64,000 bases of DNA from Candidatus Dojkabacteria bacterium (GTDB lineage Bacteria; Patescibacteriota; Dojkabacteria; B142; JAFGFJ01): positions 7,050 through 71,049 of the forward strand of contig JAFGFJ010000001.1 in NCBI GenBank assembly GCA_016931155.1, read 5' to 3'. Made by a program: the position numbers and the translations under genes. This document shows, in pieces, positions 37,235 to 47,477 of the stretch. The notes below the pieces were generated by a model. That model did no database searches. It saw only the letters and a list, made by a program, of their open reading frames with translations, and was not told the origin of the DNA. The first letter of the stretch is position 1; the number at the start of each line of letters is the position of its first letter.

Positions 37235-39442
37235 TTATTTCTTTTTTATATATCTGCATTTGGGATACCCGCTGCAACTTATAAAGATCTTTCCCCATTT
37301 ACCTTTTCTTTCAACAAGATTATGGCCAGACTCAGGACATTTTTCTTTTAGCAGAAGCATTGCCGTTTCCTTTACATTCGGATAATCCGGATGAGCCCAG
37401 AACTGACCGAACCTGCCAGTTTTTAGAATCATTGTTTTACCATCACTTCCTTTTGGGGCTGACTCGTACTTCTCTATGAATTCCGAAGATTCCTCATTTT
37501 TGCTGCCATCGTCTCCAAAACTCTTCATGCCCTTACAATTTGGAAAGTCTGTACAGCTCAAGAATTTACCAAAACGACCAAGTTTTATCTTCATAGGTTT
37601 CCCACAAACCGGGCATTTCTCATCTGACTTTCCGAGATTGGTGTAGTCTTCCCTGTCTATTGTTTTCTCCTTTTGCTTTAACTCCTTTTCAAAAGGCAAA
37701 TAGAAATCCGATATTATTTTGACCCACTCTTTTTGACCGTTTGCAACACTGTCAAGATCATCCTCCATATCTGCAGTAAAACCAAAATCAACAATTCTGG
37801 AAAAATTTTCAACAAGCAAATCATTGACTGCCATAGCTACATCAAGAGGAAATAGGTACCTGCCATCCTTTCCAATATACCCCCTGTCCTGAATCGTACT
37901 CATAATAGGAGCATAAGTTGATGGTCTGCCTATCCCGTGTTTCTCAAGTTCCTTAATCAGTGTTGCTTCAGTAAACCTTGCGGGTGGCTTTGTATAATGC
38001 TGAATCCCACGAAGCTTTTCCAGGAATAATACTTCTCCAGTTTTTATTTCAGGAAGAATGTTTTCATTTACCATCTCTGGATAAACTTTAAGGAATCCGG
38101 GGAAAATTATTCTTTGTCCACTTGCCCTATAGAGATAATCGTCAATCCGGTTTTCAAGAGTGGTATTCTTGAGCCTGGCTTCAGACATCTGAGAAGAGAT
38201 TGCTTTTTTCCAGATAAGGTCGTATAGACGCTTTTCGTCATTATTTGAGCCAGCAGAAGTATTATTAAAATGTGTCGGCCTTATCGCCTCATGTGCCTCC
38301 TGTGCAACTTTGCTTCTAGTTTTATAATGTCTCCCATGTTCCGGCACATATTCTTTTCCAAAGCGACTTGTTATTTCACTCCTCGCATTTTTTATTGCAG
38401 ACTCAGACAAATTCGTTGAATCTGTTCTCATATAGGTAATATGGCCTGCCTCATAAAGCTTTTGTGCTATCTGCATGGTTTTTTTCGCACTAAAACCCAT
38501 CCTGTTTGAAGCCGCTTGTTGTAATGTGCTTGTTGTAAAGGGTGGAGAAGGATATTTTTTGGTATCCTTACTCACAACACTGGTTATTTCCCATTTTTTA
38601 TTACTGGAGTCTTCAACTACCTTTTCTACTTCACTTTTGTTCCCAAGCTTTGGTTTCTTTGAATTTACCTGTGCAAGCTCAAACCTGATAAAACCAGACC
38701 CTGACACGGAACTTTCTGCAGTCTCCTCCTTTTCCTCTTTCTTTTCCTTACCTTCTTCAGTAGTTCTTTTCTGATTTTTCTCGCTTAAAACATAGTCAAT
38801 CTCGATCCCTTTACTCGTTTCTTCATCAGATAAATACGCCTCAACTGACCAATACTCGTTTGCTTCAAATTTTTCTCGTTCTCTTTCTCTATCGACAACA
38901 AGCCTGACCGCAGCAGATTGTACTCTACCGGCAGAAAGACCATATCTAATCTTTTTCCACAAAAGCGGAGAAAGTTTATAGCCTACAAGCCTGTCAAGTA
39001 CTCTCCTTGCCTGCTGAGCATTAACAAGACTCATGTCAATAGATCCTGCATTACTCATTGCTTCAAGGATTGCTTCTTTCGTAATTTCATGGAAAACAAT
39101 TCGCTTCAAATTTTTACTTTTACTTATTACCTCCCCCTGATCATTTATCACTCCAAGCTCACGTGCAATATGCCAACCAATCGCCTCCCCTTCTCTATCA
39201 GGGTCAACAGCAAGTACAAGCGTATCTGCATCTTTTAATTCTTTTTTGAGTGCGGAAATTATTTTATTTTTTCCCTTTGCAATAGTGTATGTTGGTTCGA
39301 AATTATTCTCTGTATCAACTGCAAGTTCCTTCGTCGGAAGATCAACCACATGACCCATGGAGGCTCTAACCTTATACTCTTGTCCCAAATATTTCTCAAT
39401 TGTTTTTGCCTTTGCAGGCGATTCAACAACTACTAAATTCAT
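37235..39442 (-). CDS. topA: DNA topoisomerase I. The likely start is MNLVVVESPAKA at 39442; the annotated ORF extends to 39493.
   Basis: Toprim start (VVVESPAKAKTIEKYLG), the active-site Tyr region, and C-terminal C4 zinc ribbons (CPVCGKPM..., CPESGHNL...). Confidence 0.85.
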   Translation of the reverse strand: MNLVVVESPAKAKTIEKYLGQEYKVRASMGHVVDLPTKELAVDTENNFEPTYTIAKGKNKIISALKKELKDADTLVLAVDPDREGEAIGWHIARELGVINDQGEVISKSKNLKRIVFHEITKEAILEAMSNAGSIDMSLVNAQQARRVLDRLVGYKLSPLLWKKIRYGLSAGRVQSAAVRLVVDREREREKFEANEYWSVEAYLSDEETSKGIEIDYVLSEKNQKRTTEEGKEKKEEKEETAESSVSGSGFIRFELAQVNSKKPKLGNKSEVEKVVEDSSNKKWEITSVVSKDTKKYPSPPFTTSTLQQAASNRMGFSAKKTMQIAQKLYEAGHITYMRTDSTNLSESAIKNARSEITSRFGKEYVPEHGRHYKTRSKVAQEAHEAIRPTHFNNTSAGSNNDEKRLYDLIWKKAISSQMSEARLKNTTLENRIDDYLYRASGQRIIFPGFLKVYPEMVNENILPEIKTGEVLFLEKLRGIQHYTKPPARFTEATLIKELEKHGIGRPSTYAPIMSTIQDRGYIGKDGRYLFPLDVAMAVNDLLVENFSRIVDFGFTADMEDDLDSVANGQKEWVKIISDFYLPFEKELKQKEKTIDREDYTNLGKSDEKCPVCGKPMKIKLGRFGKFLSCTDFPNCKGMKSFGDDGSKNEESSEFIEKYESAPKGSDGKTMILKTGRFGQFWAHPDYPNVKETAMLLLKEKCPESGHNLVERKGKWGKIFISCSGYPKCRYIKKK

Positions 39443-39461
39443 TCTTAAAAAAATATTCGTA

Positions 39462-40571
39462 TTAAACCGTCCTCCAGGAACCCTTTTCATCACAATAAAT
39501 CATTCCTTTGACTTCAAGCTCTGAAAGTGCAGCATTTATTCCGCCAATACTATAACCTAATTTGTCAAATAGTTGGTCACTTGCCACTGGTGTTTCTGCC
39601 AGCACAGTTAGTATTTCGTTTTGAAGTTCAGAAATTTCATTTCCCTGTTTTTTTGATCGATCAAGAGATTCTGAGAACCCATTATTCACATAATTACTTT
39701 GCAAAATCTCTACAAGTACATCATCGATATTTTGAACAAGCTTTGCTTTCCCTTCACTTATTAAATTGTTACAACCTTCACCATTCTTGTGGTCAATTGG
39801 CCAGGGAAGAGCAAACACCTCTCTGTTTTGATCTATAGCTGAGTGGGCAGTAATAAGTGCTCCACTTTTTCTTGGTGCTTCAATCACAAGGGTTCCTAAA
39901 GAAAGTCCTGATACTATCCTATTCCTCCTCGGAAAATTCCAGGGTTCGATATTGATCCCGGGAGGATATTCCGAGATAACAAGTCCATTTTCTAAAATCT
40001 TTCTATAAGTACTTCTATTTGCCACCGGATAAGGTTTATCTGCCGAACCTCCCAGTACGGCAATAGTGTAACCCCCGGCATCAATAGCACCTTCATGTAC
40101 ACATTTATCTATCCCAAATGCCATACCACTTGCTACTGAAAATCCAAAGCCCACCAGATCCATCGCAAACTTTCTACTAAATACTTCCCCCTGTTTGCTT
40201 GCATTTCTTGTTCCAACAATGCTGATGCATTTTTTTAATTTATCCTGATCATACTTTCCCTTATAGTACAAAACAGGCGGAACATCATAAATTTGCTCCA
40301 GCAGGAAAGGATAATCCTCTTCCCCATATACTAAAAATTGCGTACCAGAATCTTTCAGATTCCGGAAAATCCTATTCGTATCAATACCGTCACGAGCCCT
40401 TAATATAGCTGTTCCAAATTTTTGTCCAACTTTAACAAGAACCTGTTCAGAAGAAAGCTTTTCAAGAAGCTCAAATGCAGAGACACTCCTTAGAAGCTGT
40501 TGAAAACTAACAGCTCCAATCCCTTTTACATAACTCAAAATTAGTCTGCTATTTTTCTCCTCTGCTGTCAT
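39462..40571 (-). CDS. dprA: DNA processing protein DprA (Smf)
   Basis: Rossmann-like DprA core (IVGTRNASKQGEVFSRKFAMDLVGFGFSVASGMAFGIDKCVHEGA...) and a C-terminal winged-helix region. Confidence 0.8.
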   Translation of the reverse strand: MTAEEKNSRLILSYVKGIGAVSFQQLLRSVSAFELLEKLSSEQVLVKVGQKFGTAILRARDGIDTNRIFRNLKDSGTQFLVYGEEDYPFLLEQIYDVPPVLYYKGKYDQDKLKKCISIVGTRNASKQGEVFSRKFAMDLVGFGFSVASGMAFGIDKCVHEGAIDAGGYTIAVLGGSADKPYPVANRSTYRKILENGLVISEYPPGINIEPWNFPRRNRIVSGLSLGTLVIEAPRKSGALITAHSAIDQNREVFALPWPIDHKNGEGCNNLISEGKAKLVQNIDDVLVEILQSNYVNNGFSESLDRSKKQGNEISELQNEILTVLAETPVASDQLFDKLGYSIGGINAALSELEVKGMIYCDEKGSWRTV

Positions 40572-40598
40572 AGGGGTTAAATACTTTTACATTATGAG

Positions 40599-42515
40599 CT
40601 AAAAACTATTTGCATTAGTGACAGGCAGTCCAGCAAAATCAGAGTAAAGACAATTTATAAAATCTTTGATTACAGGCACACTTTTATAGCCTCTTCCTCC
40701 AAGTGTTATATGAACAACAAAATTGTATTCTTTCCCTCCGTACTCAAAGCCTCCAATAACCCACGAATGTGCACCTTTTAATGGTTTTCCATCTATATAT
40801 TCTGTAGCATCGGCAGAACCTGTTTTTGCATAAGGATTCCCAGGTGTTCCCTTTAGTATCCATGCACTTCCCTGCGCCGCATTAACAGCTTTATACATAC
40901 CGTCTTTTATCAAAGCAAAATTCCCATCATCAACTTGTATCTCTCTAACAACTTCACCTTCGTATGTCCGAATAGTTGTTCCTTCTTGGTTTTTTACCTC
41001 ATGAACAAGTTTCGGTTTGTAAATTTTCCCTCCCGTCGCAACAGCTTCAGCAACTTGAAGCATCTGTATAGGTGTTGTTGTAACGAGACCCTGCCCAATT
41101 GCTGTATTGCAAATATCGCCCAACAACCATTCCCTGTCGTGGACTTTTATCATAAGTTCGGGTGTAGCCATACTGCCCGCCTGTTCGCCAATCATACCAA
41201 GATCCGTTTTATGTCCGATTCCAAATTGATCCGCATAATTCATCAATGTCCTTATTCCACCAGCCTTTTCAGTTAGTTGTAATCCCGTATTACAAAAAAA
41301 TACATTACTTGATTTGCCAATTGCCTGAGACACATTCATCTTGCCTAAATACACTCTATCTGCCTCACAGAATTTAATGTTTCCAGGTAACGTCATACAT
41401 CCCTCAGAAGAAATAGTTGTGTTTTTATTGATCACACCTTCCTGCAAAGCAGTAGCGGCAAGAATCGGCTTGAAGGTTGAGCCAGGAGGTAGCTGTAAAG
41501 CAATCGCTTTGTTGACCAAGGGAGTTTTATTATCTGTTATCAAACTATTGAAAGTAGCATTATCGATACCCTTTGAAAAGAGATTGTTGTCGAAGCTCGG
41601 ATAGCTAATCATAGATTTAATATTTCCCGTACCCACCTCCATTATAATTGCCGCCCCTCCGTAGCCATCGAGATCTTCAACATATTTACCAAGCGAATTG
41701 AACAAGGCTTCCTGCCAGCGTGAATCTATTGTCAAAACGATATTATCACCAGCCTTTGCACTTTCCGGTATGTATACATTTTCAGACTCAAAACGCACAT
41801 CTTTCTCGACAATTTCAACACCATCCATCCCTCTCAAAACCTCATCATACATCTCTTCAATACCAATTTTTCCTATCTGAGAATTTGAATCGAAACCTCT
41901 TTCTGCTACATCCTTTGGACCGGCATCACCAACATACCCAATCACATGTGAAAAAGCTTCTCCTCCTTCATATTGCCTGAGTGCATCTTCTTCAAGATAA
42001 ACACCTGAAAGACTCCCTATTTGAGGTTGAATAGAAAGAAAATCATTATTAGTAAGACCCGATTTTATTGTAACCCTGGTAAGACCAGGAATTTTGCCCT
42101 TTTCATTATAAGCTTTACCTTTATATGTATCAAAAAGAACTTCCTTGTCGACAGAAAGAATTTCTGAAATTTTTGAAATAGTGTCCTCTTCTTTTTCTAC
42201 AGCAATCTCAACCGGATTCAGGTAGAGAGTAAAAGCAGGAATATTCACCACCAGTCTTTGCCCATTTGAATCAAAAATCAATCCGCGGGGAGCCCTTATC
42301 GGCACAGAAGAACGACTTATGGTATTTGCATGTAGAAGATTTTTGTCTCCGTTCACAATCTGAAGACCAAAGAGTTGCCAAAACAAAAATCCAAGAAGAA
42401 CTACAAGGAAAACATAAAGATAGACAAGTCTCCACTTACTCAACTTGATTTCATCCTGAGGCAATATTCCATCCTCAAAATTCAGTTTGTGAAAAGTTTT
42501 CCCCATTTTTACCAA
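40599..42515 (-). CDS. mrdA: Penicillin-binding protein 2 (class B transpeptidase)
   Basis: N-terminal TM. SxxK (STFKP), SxN (SSN) and KTG (AKTGSA) motifs. Sits downstream of mreBCD. Confidence 0.8.
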   Translation of the reverse strand: MVKMGKTFHKLNFEDGILPQDEIKLSKWRLVYLYVFLVVLLGFLFWQLFGLQIVNGDKNLLHANTISRSSVPIRAPRGLIFDSNGQRLVVNIPAFTLYLNPVEIAVEKEEDTISKISEILSVDKEVLFDTYKGKAYNEKGKIPGLTRVTIKSGLTNNDFLSIQPQIGSLSGVYLEEDALRQYEGGEAFSHVIGYVGDAGPKDVAERGFDSNSQIGKIGIEEMYDEVLRGMDGVEIVEKDVRFESENVYIPESAKAGDNIVLTIDSRWQEALFNSLGKYVEDLDGYGGAAIIMEVGTGNIKSMISYPSFDNNLFSKGIDNATFNSLITDNKTPLVNKAIALQLPPGSTFKPILAATALQEGVINKNTTISSEGCMTLPGNIKFCEADRVYLGKMNVSQAIGKSSNVFFCNTGLQLTEKAGGIRTLMNYADQFGIGHKTDLGMIGEQAGSMATPELMIKVHDREWLLGDICNTAIGQGLVTTTPIQMLQVAEAVATGGKIYKPKLVHEVKNQEGTTIRTYEGEVVREIQVDDGNFALIKDGMYKAVNAAQGSAWILKGTPGNPYAKTGSADATEYIDGKPLKGAHSWVIGGFEYGGKEYNFVVHITLGGRGYKSVPVIKDFINCLYSDFAGLPVTNANSF

Positions 42516-42516
42516 A

Positions 42517-42999
42517 CTATCTATAGAGCGAAGTCTTTTTCACCAAGGAAGAACTCGCAATGATCCAGACAATAGAAAATAAAATTATATTTGCAGCTAT
42601 TGTATAGATCAAAGATGAATGCGAAAAACTCCCGATAGCATTATCTTTGAAAATTATTAAAAAATAATTAAAAAGCAATGTAAAGACCAAATGAACAAGA
42701 GCTCCAAAAAATCTCCTTCCTTCTGATTGAAGATCAAAAATGGAGTTTATTAAAACAACAATAAGCAAACCTGCAAAACAAGCTAGTTCTTTGGTTCCAA
42801 TCCAATCTCCACCCAGAAGATCAATAATAATTCCTGAAACAAAAGTAAGAACAATTGCTTCAGTTTGTCCAAAGAGCCAAAAAATAATCACAGCCGCAAT
42901 AAACAGATAGTTTATATACCCAAAAGGAGAAACACTTCCTACAGTTGCTTCAAAAAAAGCAAGAATGAGTCCGAAAATAACTAGGTAGAAGTATTTCAT
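42517..42999 (-). CDS. mreD: Rod shape-determining protein MreD
   Basis: 160-aa polytopic membrane protein directly downstream of mreC. Confidence 0.65.
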   Translation of the reverse strand: MKYFYLVIFGLILAFFEATVGSVSPFGYINYLFIAAVIIFWLFGQTEAIVLTFVSGIIIDLLGGDWIGTKELACFAGLLIVVLINSIFDLQSEGRRFFGALVHLVFTLLFNYFLIIFKDNAIGSFSHSSLIYTIAANIILFSIVWIIASSSLVKKTSLYR

Positions 43000-43811
43000 T
43001 ATTGATCTTTCTTAATTCTTAAGACAAATACATATCTTAGTTCTCTGAAATCTATTGCATTCTCAAGCACAGCTGTTTTCTTTGTCTCCGCCTGTACTTC
43101 CCTTATTTCACTCACCCTGCCAACAAATAGACCCGATGGGTATTTACTGTTTGTCCCAAGGGTTATGAAAGACTCGCCGTTTTCCAGTTTGTCTGTCTGG
43201 AGAATATTGTTCACAACAACCCTCCCACCAAATTCCCCAGTCATAATCCCCCTTGTCTGGTTTGTTTGAGAAATGACAGAAATACTCGCCTCAGGGGAAG
43301 TAATCAATAAAATATCACTTGTATAATTATTTGCTTTTACTACCTCTCCGAGAGCAGAATTATTCAAAACAAGGATATCTCCTTCACTGACACCATCTGA
43401 CAAGCCTCTATTAATCCTCGCCCTGCCCTCCTCCTTTGGATCAAGAAAAATAATCTCTCCGGCAACAAGTTCAAAATCCTGAGAAAATGTTGTTCCAAGT
43501 TGATCTTCAAGTACTTTTATTCTCTCCCCGTATATTTTTAGTCTTGTGTTTTCTTCCTCAAGCAACCCAACTTTTATTAGAAGATCATCCCTTTCTTTTT
43601 TTATAGAATAGACATTTCCAAACACTCCAACTGTCTGATTAAAATTATCTACTCCTGACTTTATGTCAGCTCTGATATTCCTGGTAAGCTCATCCGTAAG
43701 TGAGTATATTGGAGAGAAAACCCCTATCAGACTTAAAAGAACAAGAAAGAAGCTGACAACAGTTAATATCGATATTTTAACAACAGATAAAAAGCCGACA
43801 CTTTTACGCAT
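42999..43811 (-). CDS. mreC: Rod shape-determining protein MreC
   Basis: N-terminal TM, coiled coil, and C-terminal beta domains (GLFVGRVSEI), in the mreB-mreC-mreD order. Confidence 0.75.
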   Translation of the reverse strand: MRKSVGFLSVVKISILTVVSFFLVLLSLIGVFSPIYSLTDELTRNIRADIKSGVDNFNQTVGVFGNVYSIKKERDDLLIKVGLLEEENTRLKIYGERIKVLEDQLGTTFSQDFELVAGEIIFLDPKEEGRARINRGLSDGVSEGDILVLNNSALGEVVKANNYTSDILLITSPEASISVISQTNQTRGIMTGEFGGRVVVNNILQTDKLENGESFITLGTNSKYPSGLFVGRVSEIREVQAETKKTAVLENAIDFRELRYVFVLRIKKDQ

Positions 43812-43823
43812 ATGAAATTATAA

Positions 43824-44879
43824 TCATATAAACTCATCTCCTGTAAGTTTTACTTTCTCGAGGAGAGCAATCTCATCAAGTAAAAGCTCTGTCCCCCTTA
43901 CAACAGCTGTTACAGGATCTTCAGCAATAATCACTGGAGTATCAAGTCTGCTCTCTAAGTACTTATCTATTCCCCGTATCAATGCCCCGCCTCCTACAAC
44001 CGTTATCCCTCTTTCAAGAAGGTCAGAAAGGATTTCGGGTGGGGTCTGCTCTATCGCATCCTTTACAGCCTCAGCGATCTTATCCAGAACCCTCATCATC
44101 GCTTCCCTCATTTCTATACTTGTAACCTTTACGATTTTTGGAAGACCAGTCATAAGATCCCTTCCTTTCATATCTATATCCATCTCTTCCTTCATCGGAT
44201 AAGCAGACCCAATAGCAATCTTTATATCTTCAGCCGATCTGTCACCAATAAGCAGGTTGTATTTATGCCTTGCGTAATTAACTATCTCCTGATCCATTTC
44301 ATCTCCTGCTATTCTCACCGTATTATCAACAACTATGCCCCCTAACGAAATGACTGCTATATCTGTCGTTCCGCCTCCAATATCAATTATCATACTACCT
44401 GACGCATCTTCTATTGGTAGCCTTACCCCGATAGCAGCAGCCATTGGTTCTTCTATTATATAAGCTTTTCTTGCCCCTGCAGAAAGTGCTGCGTCCGCTA
44501 CTGCTCTCCCCTCCACTTCCGTAATAGATGAAGGCACTCCCATAACTACTCTCGGCTTTGGAAGCTTAAATAACTTCGGGTACTCATCATGAACCCTCCT
44601 GATAAAGTAGCGAATCATTGCCTCTGTGGTATCGAAATCGGAAATTACTCCATCACGGAGAGGTCTCACTGCAACAATATTTGAGGGAGTTCTTCCTATC
44701 ATTCTACGTGCCTCAGTCCCTACTGCCAGCACCTGCTTAGTATTTTTGTTGAGTGCCACAACAGAAGGCTCATTGAATACTAACCCCAGTCCTTTTATAG
44801 AAACAAGCGTGCTGGTAGTACCGAGATCCATCCCGATATCATGCGTAACCATGCCCCATATCGAATCCATTAAACTCAT
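43824..44879 (-). CDS. mreB: Rod shape-determining actin homolog MreB
   Basis: Actin-fold phosphate motifs (GMDLGTTSTL, IIDIGGGTTDIAV, VVGGGALIRG) and the MreB consensus. Confidence 0.85.
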   Translation of the reverse strand: MSLMDSIWGMVTHDIGMDLGTTSTLVSIKGLGLVFNEPSVVALNKNTKQVLAVGTEARRMIGRTPSNIVAVRPLRDGVISDFDTTEAMIRYFIRRVHDEYPKLFKLPKPRVVMGVPSSITEVEGRAVADAALSAGARKAYIIEEPMAAAIGVRLPIEDASGSMIIDIGGGTTDIAVISLGGIVVDNTVRIAGDEMDQEIVNYARHKYNLLIGDRSAEDIKIAIGSAYPMKEEMDIDMKGRDLMTGLPKIVKVTSIEMREAMMRVLDKIAEAVKDAIEQTPPEILSDLLERGITVVGGGALIRGIDKYLESRLDTPVIIAEDPVTAVVRGTELLLDEIALLEKVKLTGDEFI

Positions 44880-45049
44880 TAGGAAAAAGTTGTAATTCGC
44901 TCGATTTTAACACGAAGAAGATATATTTAGAAATTTTACCCGGCTACCGTCCCCTATCTAAGTCAATTATCTGCTTGTTTTTAAGGTTTGACAACAAGTG
45001 CCTTAGTCTTTAACTTAGTCCTCAACTTGAACTTTTACTTAGTTTTTAA

Positions 45050-45460
45050 CTAAAACTTTGTCTTTCTTTTTGCCTTTGTTTTTTCCCTTACTTTAGCTTT
45101 TCTCTGAGTTTCGACCGCAACTCCGGCTTCGTTTTTTGATTTAATTTCACCTTTTCCTTCTCTTTTTCCAGGCTTTGTCTTTGAAACTTGTTCTTTTATT
45201 TTGCCCGCAGATTTTTCTGCAGGAATTACTTGAGCAGGCTCCTCATTTCTGAGCCTTTTGTAACATTTCATGCAAATGACCTCTTTGTAAATCCGCCCGC
45301 CTTCATCAATAGTGATCTTCCTGAGATTTGGTTTCCATGTTCGAAGAGTTCTCTGAGCTTTGAATCTCCAGGCTCCTCCTCCCCCGCTACTACCCCTTCT
45401 GTGCTTGCGATTTCCACCGGTAGCAATTGATTTTTGACAAATGAAACAAACCTTAGTCAT
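45050..45460 (-). CDS. rpmB: 50S ribosomal protein L28 with a Lys-rich C-terminal extension
   Basis: MTKVCFICQKSIATGGNRKHRRGSSGGGGAWRFKAQRTLRTWKPNLRKITIDEGGRIYKEVICMKCYKRL follows the L28 pattern (C..C...G.N..H......R.F.PNL). Confidence 0.65.
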   Translation of the reverse strand: MTKVCFICQKSIATGGNRKHRRGSSGGGGAWRFKAQRTLRTWKPNLRKITIDEGGRIYKEVICMKCYKRLRNEEPAQVIPAEKSAGKIKEQVSKTKPGKREGKGEIKSKNEAGVAVETQRKAKVREKTKAKRKTKF

Positions 45461-45546
45461 TGGAATTTAAAAACTTCATAAAGACTTGTCGATATTATAC
45501 CAAAAAATAGGAATTGGCAAGGAATTTTGACTCGATAACACCTTAT

Positions 45547-45623
45547 CTGGAGCTGAGGGCGAGAGTCGAACTCGCGACCTACGGTTTACAAAACCGTTGC
45601 TCTGACCAACTGAGCTACCTCAG
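45547..45623 (-). tRNA. tRNA-Thr (anticodon UGU), CCA encoded
   Basis: Manual cloverleaf: acceptor GCTGAGG/CCTCAGC, D-arm GCTC..GAGC, anticodon stem ACGGT/ACCGT, loop TTTGTAA, T-arm GCGAG-TTCGACT-CTCGC, TCCA tail. Confidence 0.8.
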
Positions 45624-45651
45624 CAGCTATCCAGATTATGTTACTATAAAA

Positions 45652-45738
45652 ATGGTGCAAGGAGAGGGATTCGAACCCCCGAAGTCTCGCGACGCCAGAT
45701 TTACAGTCTGGTGCATTTGACCACTCTGCCATCCTTGC
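45652..45738 (-). tRNA. tRNA-Tyr (anticodon GUA) with a long variable arm, CCA encoded
   Basis: Manual fold: anticodon stem CCAGA/TCTGG, loop CTGTAAA, long variable arm CGTCGCGAGACTTCGG, T-loop TTCGAAT. Confidence 0.75.
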
Positions 45739-45825
45739 ACTACGCCTCCTAGATTATATCATTGTACCCCGACGAGTCAGAATCATAATCTTGTTTTTGC
45801 TCGACCTGCTCACAGACAAAACTAA

Positions 45826-45902
45826 TGGAGCTGAGAGTGAGATTCGAACTCACGACCTTTCCCTTACCATGGGAATGCTCTAACCAACTGAGCTACCTCA
45901 GC
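45826..45902 (-). tRNA. tRNA-Thr (anticodon GGU), CCA encoded
   Basis: Manual fold: acceptor GCTGAGG, anticodon stem TTCCC/GGGAA, loop ATGGTAA, T-arm GTGAG-TTCGAAT-CTCAC. Confidence 0.75.
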
Positions 45903-46305
45903 ACAACCAAGTCCAGCTTTTGGAGAGCGCCCACAATTATACCCTATTTAAAGGCTTTGGAAAAAGACAGAGAAAATACGTTTCGATGATATCCATTTTT
46001 CATCTGACACTAGAATAAAGTGCAATAAAATACCCTCCCTTTACCGCGCTAAACAAGGTTACTGAGAAACCTCTCAGCTCAGGTGGGTGATCTCAACCCC
46101 GCCCGCTAGAGCGAAATGCTTTTGATCTCCCTTGTAAACTTTGTAGGTTCAATTATCCTCGTTCACTTACGAATAACGGAGGGCAGTATAGTATACCAAA
46201 TCCTGGCCTTTACTTCGAGCTTTTTAAGAATAGGATAAAGGCAAGCCCCAAGAGTAATTTTGATGGGAATGATCAATTTATTTCAGAATTTGATATACTC
46301 GGGGG

Positions 46306-46923
46306 ATGAAAACTCACATAGCGTTTGATTTCGACGACACAATAACTGCTTCTTACCTTCACAACCAAGACATCTTAGTTGATAACCTAAAAGCCCATTT
46401 CCCAAACATAGATGATAGTCTCATCAGAGACATTCACTACTCAAACAGAGGCCTTCCCATGTTTGAGTTATTTAAAATAATAAGGAAAAAGTTAAATATT
46501 GAATTTGATCAGAAAGAAATTTTTGACGACAATCTTAGACTCCATTCAGAAAGAATTAAACAAGTAAGGGTATTCCCGGGATTTCCGGGCTTTTTAAAAA
46601 GCCTAAAAGCTAATAAAAAGAAAATATACATCGTTTCAAATAGAGACAAAAGTACAATAATTCCTGTATTAAAAAACTATAAAATAGATTCTTACTTCGA
46701 AGAAGTAATCTCCTGTATAGACGAAGGTTTTGAGAAGCCGGATCCCACAACTCTGCTAAATTTAATAAAAAAAGAGGAAAAAACAAAAAAGGATTTCTTG
46801 TATATTGGGGACTCAAAAACCGACGCCGAGTTCGCAACCAGGGCAAATGTTGATTTTATAATAATCGATCACTATCTGAATTTAGAGAAGTTTTATCAAA
46901 GAATCGTTGGTTTATTTATCTAG
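46306..46923 (+). CDS. HAD-superfamily hydrolase
   Basis: Motif I FDFDDTI (DxDxT), downstream motifs (VSNRD..., GDSKTD), and a typical Rossmannoid HAD layout. Confidence 0.7.
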   Translation: MKTHIAFDFDDTITASYLHNQDILVDNLKAHFPNIDDSLIRDIHYSNRGLPMFELFKIIRKKLNIEFDQKEIFDDNLRLHSERIKQVRVFPGFPGFLKSLKANKKKIYIVSNRDKSTIIPVLKNYKIDSYFEEVISCIDEGFEKPDPTTLLNLIKKEEKTKKDFLYIGDSKTDAEFATRANVDFIIIDHYLNLEKFYQRIVGLFI

Positions 46924-46935
46924 CGGAGAAAGAAT

Positions 46936-47385
46936 TTATTTACTTGAAGTGCCAGGAACTGCCCCTTCCGGGAATTCACCGTTTTCTTTATACCACAGGA
47001 AGTCCACTCTCCAGTCAAGATTTTTCTCCCAGTCGGGATGCTCGGCTCTCACCGATTCTGGAACGCTCCATATGTTTCTTGTACCGTCAAAACCTCTCCA
47101 CTCCAGTGCCACCCATTCTGTCTTTTTGTAATATGTATAAAGTTCTCCTCTCCTATTCTGCATAGACAAATCTGCCCCTTTATATGAAACAATTTCATCC
47201 CGTTTACCGTCCAAACCGCTTGAAAGCGGGGCAGTCAACCACGTTCCCTCTTTTTCAACTTCAATTCCGCTTATCAATTTACCGACGAATACTGCCACAG
47301 CAACCATGCCTGCTGCCTTAAGAAGAGCCCTTACTGAAACCTTTTTGTCTTCTCCCTTATTTTCCGTCTCTGGTATTTGACTCAT
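46936..47385 (-). CDS. Hypothetical membrane-anchored protein
   Basis: 149-aa ORF with one N-terminal TM (AAGMVAVAVFVGKLISGI) and a Trp-rich C-terminal domain. Confidence 0.4.
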   Translation of the reverse strand: MSQIPETENKGEDKKVSVRALLKAAGMVAVAVFVGKLISGIEVEKEGTWLTAPLSSGLDGKRDEIVSYKGADLSMQNRRGELYTYYKKTEWVALEWRGFDGTRNIWSVPESVRAEHPDWEKNLDWRVDFLWYKENGEFPEGAVPGTSSK

Positions 47386-47477
47386 AGTTTATTCTATCTT
47401 ACTTATTATACAAAGTACTGTCAAATTGGTGCCGCAAAGTCAATTCATATATAATCTAGTAATTTTTACTTTATGTT

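Noticed and set aside
45514-45720. 68-aa ORF
   Set aside because: It overlaps two tRNA genes (tRNA-Thr and tRNA-Tyr on the minus strand), so it is not coding.
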